From Candidatus Peregrinibacteria bacterium (GTDB lineage: Bacteria > Patescibacteriota > Gracilibacteria > UBA1369): a stretch of 64,000 nucleotides of DNA. The notes under the pieces are model-generated. The model made no database searches and was not told the DNA's origin. It saw only the letters and a program-made list of their open reading frames with translations. The stretch lies in NCBI GenBank assembly GCA_963708185.1, contig OY970195.1:1216001-1280000 (forward strand), given 5' to 3'. Position numbers and translations under genes: made by a program. This document shows, piece by piece, positions 54,590 to 64,000 of this stretch (within the stretch, counting starts at the first letter, position 1; each line of letters opens with the position of its first letter).

Positions 54590-55104
54590 GGATGGGAGGG
54601 GCCCCCTGCTTCGGGATTGCCATACATGTAGTTTCCGTTGCCGTACATCATTGGCATCATGCCTTGAAAATTGGCGTATTGTTGAGGTAAGGCCGCTGTT
54701 GTGTCGCAGCCGCTGTACCTTTTGCCCATCACGATGTGCATCTGTTTCTCGCCGTCATTGCCGAGAGACTGTGACATCATGGTGTCCATGAAGTCGTGCC
54801 CGTTGCCCATCATCTGGTTCATGAAGTAGTCGCCGAGGACGTCGAAGTCGTCGTCGGTAAGGGTCTTACAGGTGACTTTTTTCGACTGGAGCTGGGTCCA
54901 TACGGCTTCGCCTTTCGCCACGTCATCGGGACTTGATGTTTGGGAGGAAGATCCGTTTTGTCCCGGAGTTTCCTGGGTCGAGGAGGGATATTGATTCATC
55001 ATCGCTCCTCCGTACCAGTTCTGCCCCATCATACCTTGGGCAGAAGCCAATGGAGCGATCATCAAAAAACTTACAACAACAAGTGAAAGTGTGATTTTTT
55101 TCAT
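54586..55104 (-). CDS. Secreted Met/His-rich putative copper-binding protein
   Basis: Signal peptide; LGDYFMNQMMGNGHDFMDTMM, QMHIVMGKRYSGC; divergent from csoR. Confidence 0.65.
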   Translation of the reverse strand: MKKITLSLVVVSFLMIAPLASAQGMMGQNWYGGAMMNQYPSSTQETPGQNGSSSQTSSPDDVAKGEAVWTQLQSKKVTCKTLTDDDFDVLGDYFMNQMMGNGHDFMDTMMSQSLGNDGEKQMHIVMGKRYSGCDTTAALPQQYANFQGMMPMMYGNGNYMYGNPEAGGPSHP

Positions 55105-55166
55105 AAATCCGTGAGTTAATGAATGAGTCGGGAAATTTTTGGTTGCGGGTTGCTTTTTTCTTTTTT

Positions 55167-55189
55167 ATACCTATACTGGGTATAGGCAT
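55167..55189. promoter_or_regulatory. Putative CsoR operator
   Basis: ATACCTATAC-tgg-GTATAGGCAT inverted repeat (1 mismatch) between divergent genes. Confidence 0.65.
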
Positions 55190-55207
55190 TTCGTAATATA
55201 TCATTGT

Positions 55208-55483
55208 ATGGTTGAACCGTTCAAGGGGAAAACATTGTTGCGTCTTAAAAAAGCCCGTGGCCAGGTTGAAGGAATTCTCAAGATGGTCGAAGGTGATAAG
55301 TACTGTGTCGACATTATAACGCAAATCTTAGCGCTGGAAGGCAGCTTGAAAGCCGTTTCAAAGCTTATTCTCGAAAGCCACCTCAATACGTGCGGGGAAA
55401 AAGAGCTGGGTTCGAAGAATAAAAAAAGGAAAGACAAGTTTGTGCAGGAGATCGTCAAGATCGTGGAGTATTCAGGGCGTTAG
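55208..55483 (+). CDS. csoR: CsoR family copper-sensing repressor
   Basis: RLKKARGQVEGILKM..YCVDIITQ..ESHLNTC (Cys-His-Cys ligands); start ATG 55208. Confidence 0.88.
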   Translation: MVEPFKGKTLLRLKKARGQVEGILKMVEGDKYCVDIITQILALEGSLKAVSKLILESHLNTCGEKELGSKNKKRKDKFVQEIVKIVEYSGR

Positions 55484-55507
55484 TTTAATTTCTCATATTT
55501 TGTATTT

Positions 55508-55909
55508 ATGCCGGAACAGACTGCGTACGGTTATAGCACGGAAGTTTCCATGGGATTTCATGAAGCCGTTAAAATGGTGACGGAAGTTTTGCAAAACGAA
55601 GGTTTCGGGATTTTGACGACGATCGATATCAAGGTGAAGATGAAGGAAAAAATGGGGAAAGAGATGGATGATTATGTGATCCTTGGGGCGTGCAATCCGC
55701 CGATGGCTTCACGGGCGCTGGATGCTGAAACGGAAATAGGGCTTCTTTTGCCTTGCAATGTTATTGTTTACCGAAAAAACGGGAAAACGTTTGTTTCTGC
55801 GGTGATGCCCTCAAGCATGATGGGTTTGATCGGGAAAAAAGAGCTTGAGGAGGTGGGCGGAGAGGTTGAAGTGAAGCTGAAGAAAGTCATTGATACTTTA
55901 AACGGTTAA
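55508..55909 (+). CDS. DUF302 family protein
   Basis: GFGILTTID, YVILGACNP, IGLLLPCNVIV. Confidence 0.88.
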   Translation: MPEQTAYGYSTEVSMGFHEAVKMVTEVLQNEGFGILTTIDIKVKMKEKMGKEMDDYVILGACNPPMASRALDAETEIGLLLPCNVIVYRKNGKTFVSAVMPSSMMGLIGKKELEEVGGEVEVKLKKVIDTLNG

Positions 55910-55913
55910 TATC

Positions 55914-58061
55914 ATGGTTCAACGAAAAGTTTATACATGTCCGATGCATCCGGAGATCGAGCAGAATCTTCCGGGGATGTGCACGGAGTGCGGCATGCAG
56001 CTCGTGCCCGGCGGGAAAAAGCATATGGCTCATGACCATGGCGGCCATCACGATCATGGTCCTTCCGGTAGCCAAAAAGGCGGGAAGCCGGGCTTTGACA
56101 AGCACGCCGGGCACAACGTGAATGTATTCGCCAGAAAATTCTGGGTATCGCTGGTTTTGACAGTGCCGGTTCTTTTGTATTCTGAACTGCCGCAACAGTT
56201 TTTTGGATGGAGCGCACCGCCGTTCCCGGGGTCGCAGTACATGGAACTGGTTTTGGGTTCGTTGGTGTTTTTTTACGGGGGGTGGGTGTTTCTCGCCGGC
56301 GCCTGGCGTGAGATCAGGGGAAAACTGCCCGGCATGATGACGCTCATCGCCATCGCGGTGACGGCGGCATATTTGTTCAGCGCGTACGCGGTTTTTGCGG
56401 GAGTTGGCCATACGCTTTTCTGGGAATTAACGACACTCATCGACATCATGCTGCTTGGTCACTGGATTGAAATGCGTTCGGTGAAAGGAGCCCAGGGGGC
56501 TTTGCGTGAACTTTCCAAGCTGCTTCCCGATACCGTTGAGATCGTGGACGGACGGACGACTCACACCATTCCTTTAGAAAATTTGAAAGTCGGCGATGTT
56601 GTGCTGGTGAGACCGGGCGGCAAGATTCCTGCCGACGGGAAAGTGGTTGAAGGGAAGTCCGACGTCAATGAATCCATGATCACGGGAGAGTCGAAACCTG
56701 TCGGCAAAAATTCCGGAAATGACGTGATCGCCGGGACTATCAACGGCGACGGCATGCTCAAGGTGAAGGTTGAAAAAATCGGGGAGGATACTTTTCTGGC
56801 AGGCGTGAAACGTCTTATTTTGGAAGCGCAGGCTTCGAAATCCCGCTTGCAGCTCCTTTCCGATCGGGCGGCGTTTTATCTGACGATCATCGCCGTCGTG
56901 GCCGGTGCCGCGACGTTCGGGGCTTGGATGTTTGTGGGCGCGGGGCTTGTTTTTGCGGTTGAACGTCTGGTGGCGGTCTTGGTGATTACCTGTCCGCACG
57001 CGCTCGGACTTGCCGTTCCGCTCGTGGCTTCGATCTCAACGACGATGGCCGCGCGCAACGGGCTGCTCATCAAGCAGCGTATTGCGCTTGAGGCGGCGCG
57101 CGGCGTGGACGTGATTCTTTTTGATAAAACGGGAACGTTAACGAAAGGCGAGTATGGCGTAGATAAAATCTGGCCCGTCCATGCGGTGAATACAAAGGAG
57201 GTTCTCCAGCTGGCGGCGTCGGTGGATGCTCATTCGGAACATTTTATTGCCCGTGCGATTGTAGCTGAGGCGCACGCTCAAAATCTTTCGATCATGGAAG
57301 CCGAGGATTTCGGGCGTATCCCCGGTAAAGGCGTGAAAGGGGTTGTCCGTGGACAGCAGGTTGATCTTGGGAGTATGACTCTTGCCGCAGAACGCGGTGT
57401 CGTCTTCCCACAAAAGATCCGGGAGGAGATTGCGGCCGAAAGTTTAAAAGGCAAAACAGTCATCGCCGTGCTTCGCGGGAAAGAGGCCGTGGGGGTGTTG
57501 GCGCTCGGAGACGTCATCCGGGAAGAATCCCGTCAGGCGATCAAGGATTTGAAGGAGAGCGGATTGAAGATCGCCATGGTCACCGGTGATTCGGAAGAGG
57601 TCGCCAAGTGGGTCGCCGACGATCTGGGCATCGACGAATATTTTGCGAAAGTTCTTCCGGAACAGAAGGCGGAAAAAGTGAAGCTGCTCCAGCACCGCGG
57701 CATGAAAGTGGCGATGGTGGGGGACGGCATCAACGACGCGCCGGCCCTGACACAAGCGGATGTGGGTATCGCCATCGGCGCGGGAACAAATGTGGCGATT
57801 GAATCAGCGGGAATCATTCTGGTAAAAAACGATCCGCGGGACATCGTGAAAATCATTCGTCTTTCAAGGCTGACGTACGCCAAGATGATGCAGAATCTTT
57901 TCTGGGCGACGGGATACAACGCCATCGCTTTGCCGTTGGGGGCCGGCGCACTGGCTTCATGGGGCGTTATCATGCAACCGGCCTTTGCGGCGATTTTGAT
58001 GTCTTTGAGTACGGTCATCGTGGCGGTGAACGCCGTGATGCTGAGGAAAAGCAAACTTTAA
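55914..58061 (+). CDS. copB: Copper-translocating P1B-type ATPase (CPH subtype)
   Basis: [16 protein letters not shown], His-rich N-terminus, [31 protein letters not shown]..., MSLST. Confidence 0.9.
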   Translation: MVQRKVYTCPMHPEIEQNLPGMCTECGMQLVPGGKKHMAHDHGGHHDHGPSGSQKGGKPGFDKHAGHNVNVFARKFWVSLVLTVPVLLYSELPQQFFGWSAPPFPGSQYMELVLGSLVFFYGGWVFLAGAWREIRGKLPGMMTLIAIAVTAAYLFSAYAVFAGVGHTLFWELTTLIDIMLLGHWIEMRSVKGAQGALRELSKLLPDTVEIVDGRTTHTIPLENLKVGDVVLVRPGGKIPADGKVVEGKSDVNESMITGESKPVGKNSGNDVIAGTINGDGMLKVKVEKIGEDTFLAGVKRLILEAQASKSRLQLLSDRAAFYLTIIAVVAGAATFGAWMFVGAGLVFAVERLVAVLVITCPHALGLAVPLVASISTTMAARNGLLIKQRIALEAARGVDVILFDKTGTLTKGEYGVDKIWPVHAVNTKEVLQLAASVDAHSEHFIARAIVAEAHAQNLSIMEAEDFGRIPGKGVKGVVRGQQVDLGSMTLAAERGVVFPQKIREEIAAESLKGKTVIAVLRGKEAVGVLALGDVIREESRQAIKDLKESGLKIAMVTGDSEEVAKWVADDLGIDEYFAKVLPEQKAEKVKLLQHRGMKVAMVGDGINDAPALTQADVGIAIGAGTNVAIESAGIILVKNDPRDIVKIIRLSRLTYAKMMQNLFWATGYNAIALPLGAGALASWGVIMQPAFAAILMSLSTVIVAVNAVMLRKSKL

Positions 58062-58071
58062 TTTTCCGGGT

Positions 58072-58989
58072 TTATTCCGGATCGGTCTGCTGGGAGGCGA
58101 TGAGCTGTTTCATAAGGTCGGAAGCTTTTCCGATCTGGGTGTCCATGAAGATGACCTTCTGGTTCGGCGTGGTGCCGATGCCTTTGAGGGTGTCGAGATA
58201 CTGGGTGAGCGTAAGTATGGCCATGATTTCCTTGGATTCCTGGTGGGTCGCGGTCTTCATGATCTCGAAAGACTCTTTCAAACCACGGGCGATGGCTTCG
58301 CGTTCGAGGGCCATACCTTCACCCTGGAGCTGTTTGCGGATCTTGTCGGCTTCCGCTTCTTTGACGGCCTGGATCTTGACGGCTTCACCTTTGTTTTCGG
58401 CGGCTTTGCGGAGCTGTTCCGAAGCTACGACTTCGCTCATGGCCTGGGTAATGGTGGCCGGGAAGTTGACGTTGACGATCTGGTAGCTTTTGATGTTCAT
58501 GCCCCATTCCTGGAATTGGGTCTCGAGATCGGTCTTAATGTGAAGGGCCAGTTCCTCCTTTTTTTCAAGAATGCCTTCGTGGGTCTCCTTGGCAATGTAG
58601 GTGCGGAGCGAGTTTTCAATGATGGCGCCGATGGATTGCTCGCGGCTCTGGAGAACGTAGGTAAAACTTTTGATGCCTTCCACTGAAGGGTCAACGGCAT
58701 AAATAAGATTGGTGCCGACGTCAACGATGACCTTGTCTTTGGAAGGATATTTCCCCGCGATGGCGAAGTTCTGCTGGCGAAGCGAGATTTTTGCCGCGAC
58801 TCTTTCCACGAGGGGAAGTTTGAAGTTGATGCCGGCGGTCATGACGCGGCGGAACTGACCGAGGAATTCGATGACGTACACCGTGTTTTGCTGGACGACG
58901 CGGATATTTTTGAAAATGGCGATGATAATGAGTAAGAGAATCAGGAGGCTGAAGAATCCATAGTAACCTCCATCTACAGAGCCGTTCAT
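58072..58989 (-). CDS. SPFH/band 7 domain membrane protein
   Basis: N-term TM, VIEFLGQF..AGINF..P, AAENKGEA.KI..VKEAEA. Confidence 0.88.
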   Translation of the reverse strand: MNGSVDGGYYGFFSLLILLLIIIAIFKNIRVVQQNTVYVIEFLGQFRRVMTAGINFKLPLVERVAAKISLRQQNFAIAGKYPSKDKVIVDVGTNLIYAVDPSVEGIKSFTYVLQSREQSIGAIIENSLRTYIAKETHEGILEKKEELALHIKTDLETQFQEWGMNIKSYQIVNVNFPATITQAMSEVVASEQLRKAAENKGEAVKIQAVKEAEADKIRKQLQGEGMALEREAIARGLKESFEIMKTATHQESKEIMAILTLTQYLDTLKGIGTTPNQKVIFMDTQIGKASDLMKQLIASQQTDPE

Positions 58990-59141
58990 AAGGGGGTAAG
59001 GTTAAGAAATGAGGAGAGTGTCTGGATGAGCATATAGGGTCTTTGGGGAGATGACAACCTATCAGGGCGTGTTGCTGTTTTAGTTAAAATATGTTATAGT
59101 AACATGAACAGATAAAATTATTCTATAAAAATAAAACCCCC

Positions 59142-60434
59142 ATGGCTTTCAAAGAATTTTTTTCAAGATATAAGTCTTTACTCTACATCATCGCAGCGGT
59201 GTTGCTTTTTGCTCTCGCCGCCGCCGCCCTGTATTTTTCGAATCCGGCGTTGTACAAGGCTTCGTTGACGCTGAATCCGGCTGTGACGACGATTCAAAAC
59301 ACCACGAATTCCAATACCAATAAAATTATTCAGGCGGTACAATCTCCTTACTGTTTTGCAAAGCCGAGTCCCGCCTATCTCGCCGGTACCGGCGTGATGA
59401 AACATGTTGACGTTACCTGGGACGTGTACGATCCGGGCGGCGGCATAAGTTTTCATTGGACTTTCGATGTGGGCGGTTCCTATAACAAGCAGGCAACCGC
59501 AACGTATAAAACGCCAGGGACAAAAACGGCGACCGTCACCTACCAGTACGGTCCGGACGTTTACGCACAGCCTTTGACGTGTACCGTCAACGTCATTGAC
59601 CAGGAAGCGCAACAGAGCGGCGATGATCTGCTCCAGTTGACCCAACAGGGCGGAGGACAACAGCAATCACAGCAGGGTCTTCCCATCAACCAGAATTCCC
59701 AGTCTTCTCCGGCTCCGGCACCAAGCCCTTCTCCAACACCATCGCCGACACCGACCCCTTCTCCAACACCAACCCCAACACCAGCACCAACACCGACCCC
59801 AAGCCCGGCGCCAACGCCGACCCCAAGCCCGGCGCCAACGCCTTCGCCGGCTCCGCAAGTGGGAACCGTATCCACAGATTGTTCGATGTTCCGTGACGTT
59901 TCTGCGAAAGATCCTGATTGTGCCGCGATCGGTTTTGTGAACAGTATCGGCGCGATGACGGGAAATCCCGACGGAACCTTCGGTCCGAATGCGCTGCTGC
60001 AAAGAGACCAGGTCGCCAAGATCATTCTCGTGGCGTTCAAACTGTATGACAGCAATACGCCGTGCGGCAGGCAATCCTTTCCGGATGTCGGCGCAACCGA
60101 CTGGTCGTATTCTTATATCTGTACCGCGGCTTCGGAAGGACTCATTACCGGTTATCAGTCAGGTCCGGATGCCGGGTTTTACCGGCCGAGTAGAAATGTC
60201 AGCCGTGCAGAATTTCTCGCACTTCTTTTGAGGAGTCTGGGTGATCAGATCCCAAGTAACGATAATACTTCCTACAGCGACGTTCCCGCCGGACAATGGT
60301 ACAGCGGTTACGCAAAATATGCCCAGCAGCACGGATTGTTTCCGGGCAACACGTTGAATCCCGCAAGTTTCACGACTCGCCGTGAAGTGGCAAGAACCCT
60401 TTACGCGCTCTACCTCCAGGGGAAACTCTGGTAA
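59142..60434 (+). CDS. Surface protein with PKD-like domain, Pro/Thr linker and three SLH domains
   Basis: N-term TM; [13 protein letters not shown]; (PT/PS/PA)n; [44 protein letters not shown]. Confidence 0.85.
   Translation: MAFKEFFSRYKSLLYIIAAVLLFALAAAALYFSNPALYKASLTLNPAVTTIQNTTNSNTNKIIQAVQSPYCFAKPSPAYLAGTGVMKHVDVTWDVYDPGGGISFHWTFDVGGSYNKQATATYKTPGTKTATVTYQYGPDVYAQPLTCTVNVIDQEAQQSGDDLLQLTQQGGGQQQSQQGLPINQNSQSSPAPAPSPSPTPSPTPTPSPTPTPTPAPTPTPSPAPTPTPSPAPTPSPAPQVGTVSTDCSMFRDVSAKDPDCAAIGFVNSIGAMTGNPDGTFGPNALLQRDQVAKIILVAFKLYDSNTPCGRQSFPDVGATDWSYSYICTAASEGLITGYQSGPDAGFYRPSRNVSRAEFLALLLRSLGDQIPSNDNTSYSDVPAGQWYSGYAKYAQQHGLFPGNTLNPASFTTRREVARTLYALYLQGKLW
59702..59856 (+). repeat. Coding Pro-Thr/Ser/Ala dipeptide low-complexity repeat
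   Basis: [50 protein letters not shown]. Confidence 0.85.
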
Positions 60435-60438
60435 GAGA

Positions 60439-61695
60439 TCAGGTATGAAATTTGTGATTGGAAATCGCCGGAAGCGCGAATCCGAAAATTAATAAACATA
60501 CCGCGATGAAAATCGCGTTGGTCAGGTACGGAAGGCCCGGTGAGTACACATACAGCCAGGCCGCGTACAGTGGACCGAGAATGCGGGCGACGGACTGGAT
60601 GCCTTGATTGGCTCCCTGGATCCTTCCCTGCATTTTTGGTTCCACCGAATTGGCGATGAGTCCGTTCATGGAGGGTTCGAACAGTCCGTCGCCGAGGACG
60701 AAGACGACGACGCCGGCGTAGAGAAGGACTGCGGAGGGGAAGAAAACCACGGATGCGATGATCAGAAAACCGATGCCGTTGATGATCAGTCCTATGATCG
60801 TCAGGACGGTTTCGCCGAGAACGTGGACGAGTTTGCTCGTAAGATATCCTTGGGCGAAAATATCGATCACTCCGACGATGAAGAGTACGATGCCGACTTC
60901 AGTGGGACCCCAGTTGAGGACGTCTTTCATGAAAACCGAGAAGTTGCTTTGAAGACCCGTTGCCGCAAAAAAGAAGAGGAAGCTCACGAGGAAGAGCGTC
61001 CGCAGCACTTTCAGCGAAAAAATGTGATTGAACTGGGCAAGAGGGTTGAGGTGGCTGAGTTTGAACTCTTTGACGCGATGTTCGGGCGCGAGGCTTTCGG
61101 GCAGGACAAAATACCCCCACAGCATGTTGAGGAAGGTGACGCCGGCGGCGATGTACAAAGGAGCTTCCAGACTGATGTTCGCGGCGAGTCCTCCGATGGC
61201 GGGTCCGACCATGAATCCGATGCCGCCGGCCGCTCCGGCAAGGCCGTAGATCTTTCCGCGTTGCCTCGGTTCCGTGACGTCAGCGATGTAGGCGTAGGCC
61301 GTACTGATGTTTCCTCCGGTGAGTCCGTCAATGACACGGCCGAGGAACAGCATGAAGAGTGATCCGCCGATGCCCATGATAATATAGCCGGCGATCGATC
61401 CGGCAAGGCTGGCCAGCAGTACGGGGCGCCGTCCGAAACGGTCGCTTAAAAGCCCGAGTCCCGGCGCTGCGAAGAACTGGCACAGCGCGTAGCAGGACAT
61501 AATGAGTCCCACGTTGAGGGCGATGTCGGCGTTACCGGCGTATTTTTCGACCAAAAAGGGGATCACCGGAATGATAATCGTGAATCCCAGGAAGGTCATG
61601 AAGGTGGTCAGGAGGATGAAGCGGATCGAGTTTTTCAAGTGGTGTATGAAATGCTTTAAGTAGCCCAATGTATAGGAAAAAGGCCCTTTGTTCAA
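60439..61695 (-). CDS. MFS transporter, TetA/DHA1-like
   Basis: LGLLSDRFGRRPVLL (motif A), GRVIDGLTGGN, GFMVGPAIGG (motif C); start uncertain (TTG 61695 or 61638). Confidence 0.9.
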   Translation of the reverse strand: MNKGPFSYTLGYLKHFIHHLKNSIRFILLTTFMTFLGFTIIIPVIPFLVEKYAGNADIALNVGLIMSCYALCQFFAAPGLGLLSDRFGRRPVLLASLAGSIAGYIIMGIGGSLFMLFLGRVIDGLTGGNISTAYAYIADVTEPRQRGKIYGLAGAAGGIGFMVGPAIGGLAANISLEAPLYIAAGVTFLNMLWGYFVLPESLAPEHRVKEFKLSHLNPLAQFNHIFSLKVLRTLFLVSFLFFFAATGLQSNFSVFMKDVLNWGPTEVGIVLFIVGVIDIFAQGYLTSKLVHVLGETVLTIIGLIINGIGFLIIASVVFFPSAVLLYAGVVVFVLGDGLFEPSMNGLIANSVEPKMQGRIQGANQGIQSVARILGPLYAAWLYVYSPGLPYLTNAIFIAVCLLIFGFALPAISNHKFHT

Positions 61696-61870
61696 GAGCC
61701 CTTTCCCTTCCTTACCCCAAAATCTGTCCTATTTTTCAGATTCGCCCCTTAATACGTAGATGGGCATGTTTCGGGTGCATGGCTTCGGACAATGAAATTT
61801 TTTTGCAAGTCAGGTGTAATATCTTGCAGATACGTTGTATTATGACTTCGCCCATCCGTGATTCCGTGAG

Positions 61871-62446
61871 ATGCATACCAACGACCCCCAGTTTACTGAT
61901 GAACAACTCGCTCTTTTTGTGCAGCGGGGCGACAAGGAGAAATTCGGCGTTTTGATGGACCGTTACGAACAGAAACTTTCCCGTTACGGCAGAAAATTCC
62001 TTTTTCATCAGAACAACATCGAGGACATGGTCCAGGAAACGTTTCTCAAAGCCTACCAGAACATCAAGAGTTTCGATCCCGACCAGAAATTTTCCTCCTG
62101 GATCTACCGCATCGCCCACAATACTTTTATCAACGCCCTCAAGAAAAAGCTCAGAAATCCGTTGTATTTTTTTGACTTCGATACGTTTATTCCGCATCCC
62201 GTTTATGACGATCCCGAAACGACCGAACATGACCACGCCGAGATTTCCAAAATGCTCAATAAAGGTCTAAAACGCTTGCAACCAACCTATCGGGAAATTA
62301 TCATTTTGTACTACGTTGAAGAACTGAGCTATAAGGAAATCGCGGACATTCTTCATATCCCGACCGGGACCGTGGGTATCCGTCTCAAGAGGGCCAAGGA
62401 ACAGCTCAAAAAAGTTTTACCACAGGAATCAATCCAACACCTATGA
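61871..62446 (+). CDS. ECF RNA polymerase sigma factor (SigW-like)
   Basis: EDMVQETFLKAY, FSSWIYRIAHN, LSYKEIADILHIPTGTVGIRLKRAK. Confidence 0.92.
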   Translation: MHTNDPQFTDEQLALFVQRGDKEKFGVLMDRYEQKLSRYGRKFLFHQNNIEDMVQETFLKAYQNIKSFDPDQKFSSWIYRIAHNTFINALKKKLRNPLYFFDFDTFIPHPVYDDPETTEHDHAEISKMLNKGLKRLQPTYREIIILYYVEELSYKEIADILHIPTGTVGIRLKRAKEQLKKVLPQESIQHL

Positions 62447-63174
62447 ACGATAAAAACCACCAACACCACGACATCAAGGACAGCGTCCTTGAAAAGATCA
62501 CGAAAGGCGAGGTCCACATGCGCCCGAAAGTGTATTTCGTCCTCAAGCTGCTTCTGCTTGTTTTTGTGGCGCTGTGTACCCTGGTGGTTTCTTCCTATAT
62601 CATCAGCTACATCATCTTCAGCATTATCATCAGCGGGAGAGATTCTCTTCTCGGCTTCGGATCGAGGGGAATCCTGGCGTTTTTCGTGACTTTCCCATGG
62701 CCATTTTTGCTCGCTGACGTTTTGCTGCTGTTTTTCTTTGAGTGGCTGCTGCAGCATTTCAGTTTCGGCTATCACCGTCCGTTTATTTATTTGCTTCTCG
62801 TGGGGGCGCTTCTGAGTGTCGGGGCCGGACTGTTCATCAACTCGACCTCTTTGAACAGGACGCTCATGGTTCAAACCCAACACCAGGGACTTCCGGTGCT
62901 CGGACCTTTTTACGAGCATGTCCGCCGTCCGACTCCGGGCAGGGATATCTTCATCGGCGTGGTCACCGACATCCAGGGCGATACCTGCATGGTCAAGGCT
63001 GACGATCATGATACCGACCGTGATGACGGCATGCGTACAGTTATCGCTCCGCCGAACATGTATCTTGAAAAATTTCTGAATATCGGCGACACGGTTTTTG
63101 TTGCCGGTGATGATGTCGGTGGAGTTATTCACGCCTACGGCATCACTAAAATCAGCCCATCCCTTGAAGAGTGA
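62443..63174 (+). CDS. Membrane protein coupled to ECF sigma (putative anti-sigma)
   Basis: 4-nt overlap with sigma stop; MRPKVYF then 3 TM and a C-terminal beta domain. Confidence 0.6.
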   Translation: MNDKNHQHHDIKDSVLEKITKGEVHMRPKVYFVLKLLLLVFVALCTLVVSSYIISYIIFSIIISGRDSLLGFGSRGILAFFVTFPWPFLLADVLLLFFFEWLLQHFSFGYHRPFIYLLLVGALLSVGAGLFINSTSLNRTLMVQTQHQGLPVLGPFYEHVRRPTPGRDIFIGVVTDIQGDTCMVKADDHDTDRDDGMRTVIAPPNMYLEKFLNIGDTVFVAGDDVGGVIHAYGITKISPSLEE

Positions 63175-63272
63175 AAATAGGTGAAATAAATTTTTCATGC
63201 AGATGTAATAGATGGTGGGTAAGGTTTTATTTCTTAAGCCCTTCTTTTTTTGGGGCGTCATAAACATCTCAT

Positions 63273-63830
63273 ATGAAAAAATTTTTTCTTTCAGCCGCGG
63301 TGATCGTTGTGTTCGGTTTTTACGTGTATTCCACGACGTTGGGACAGACGGTTCCGGCATCATCCCAACAACAGGTATCCAATTTCGGATCTTCTATTTC
63401 GGCACCTGAAACTCCGCTTCAAAGCCAGCCACAGTCGGCTCCGCCCACACCAACTCCGACACCCACACCAACTCCTACGCCTGCACCGACACCTACGCCG
63501 GCTCCAACGCCAAAGCCAAAGCCAACGCCAACACCGGTAAAAAGCGGTTTGAAAGACGGTACCTATGCCGGCGATTCAGTCTTTGTGTTTTATGGGAACG
63601 TCCAGCTGCAGGCAGTGGTTCAAGGTGGTAAACTTGTGAACGTCAAAGCTTTGGATTATCCGCAGGACCGGGGACACAGTCTTGAGATCAGCAACTATGT
63701 TCTTCCTCTTCTTACGAATGAGGCAATCCAAAGACAAAGCGCCTCGGTCGATATTATTTCAGGTGCCACTCAGACGAGTGAAGGATTTGTACAATCCCTG
63801 GCTTCGGCGCTTACACAGGCAAAAGCTTAA
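63273..63830 (+). CDS. Extracellular FMN-binding (flavinylated) protein
   Basis: N-term TM, PT linker, [27 protein letters not shown] ([S/T]GA[S/T] flavinylation motif). Confidence 0.88.
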   Translation: MKKFFLSAAVIVVFGFYVYSTTLGQTVPASSQQQVSNFGSSISAPETPLQSQPQSAPPTPTPTPTPTPTPAPTPTPAPTPKPKPTPTPVKSGLKDGTYAGDSVFVFYGNVQLQAVVQGGKLVNVKALDYPQDRGHSLEISNYVLPLLTNEAIQRQSASVDIISGATQTSEGFVQSLASALTQAKA

Positions 63831-63834
63831 CATT

Positions 63835-64000
63835 ATGAAAAAAACGGAACTCATTATGGGAATGCCCATCACGGTTGAAATTGTTGATTCGACGGCAGAT
63901 GAAGCTCTCCTCCAACGCGTTTTCGATTATTTCCGCTCGGTGGATGAGCGCTTCAGTACCTATAAGGAGACCAGCGAGATTTCAAAGATCAACCGGGGCG
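63835..64000 (+). CDS. apbE: FAD:protein FMN transferase (partial, runs off window)
   Basis: MKKTELIMGMPITVEIVD...VDERFSTYKETSEISKINRG; adjacent to FMN-binding protein. Confidence 0.85.
   Translation, partial: MKKTELIMGMPITVEIVDSTADEALLQRVFDYFRSVDERFSTYKETSEISKINRG

Noticed and set aside
60439-61695. Bona fide tetA resistance gene
   Set aside because: DHA1 motifs only; no adjacent tetR and substrate cannot be determined from sequence
1-64000. Alternative genetic code 25 (UGA=Gly) as in Gracilibacteria/Absconditabacteria
   Set aside because: Conserved proteins are full length under code 11 and several end at TGA at the expected place (e.g. 17139, 63174, and ATGA overlaps)

Overview
Bacterial chromosomal window using the standard genetic code (TGA acts as stop). 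Gene content and style (SLH proteins, few Shine-Dalgarno sites, many apparently leaderless genes) suggest a Patescibacteria/CPR organism, possibly Peregrinibacteria-like; this is inference. The left half (1-31.8 kb) is a cell-surface locus. Its core is an ~18 kb minus-strand cluster of 12 secreted or membrane-anchored proteins: seven carry a divergent WxL-like domain (C-terminal G/D-x-Y-x3-[LIV]-T-[WFIY]-T) and six carry a DUF916-like (WxL-interacting) domain, one protein having both. Three of the DUF916-like proteins end in a LysM domain placed after the membrane anchor. The cluster is interleaved with and flanked by glycosylation genes: a polyprenol-P-mannose synthase, two DUF2723/TMEM260-like GT-C enzymes, three glycosyltransferases, a Wzx flippase and an O-antigen-ligase-like protein. 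A large Big_2/Pro-rich/SLH surface protein also lies here. This is the best candidate for an undescribed system: a glycosylated, chaperone-assembled surface fibre or complex. Two divergent tRNA-Pro genes (CGG, GGG) mark the transition to the right half, a patchwork of stress and resistance modules: ArsR-SRPBCC, a MarR-linked heterodimeric ABC exporter, an OmpR-type two-component block with five visible binding boxes, an integrase-repeat protein bracketed by 23-bp direct repeats, a rifampin-phosphotransferase-like enzyme, SdpI, a CsoR/CopB copper module, a TetA-like MFS, an ECF sigma factor and an FMN-binding/ApbE flavinylation pair. All family calls come from motif recognition by eye; no searches were run.
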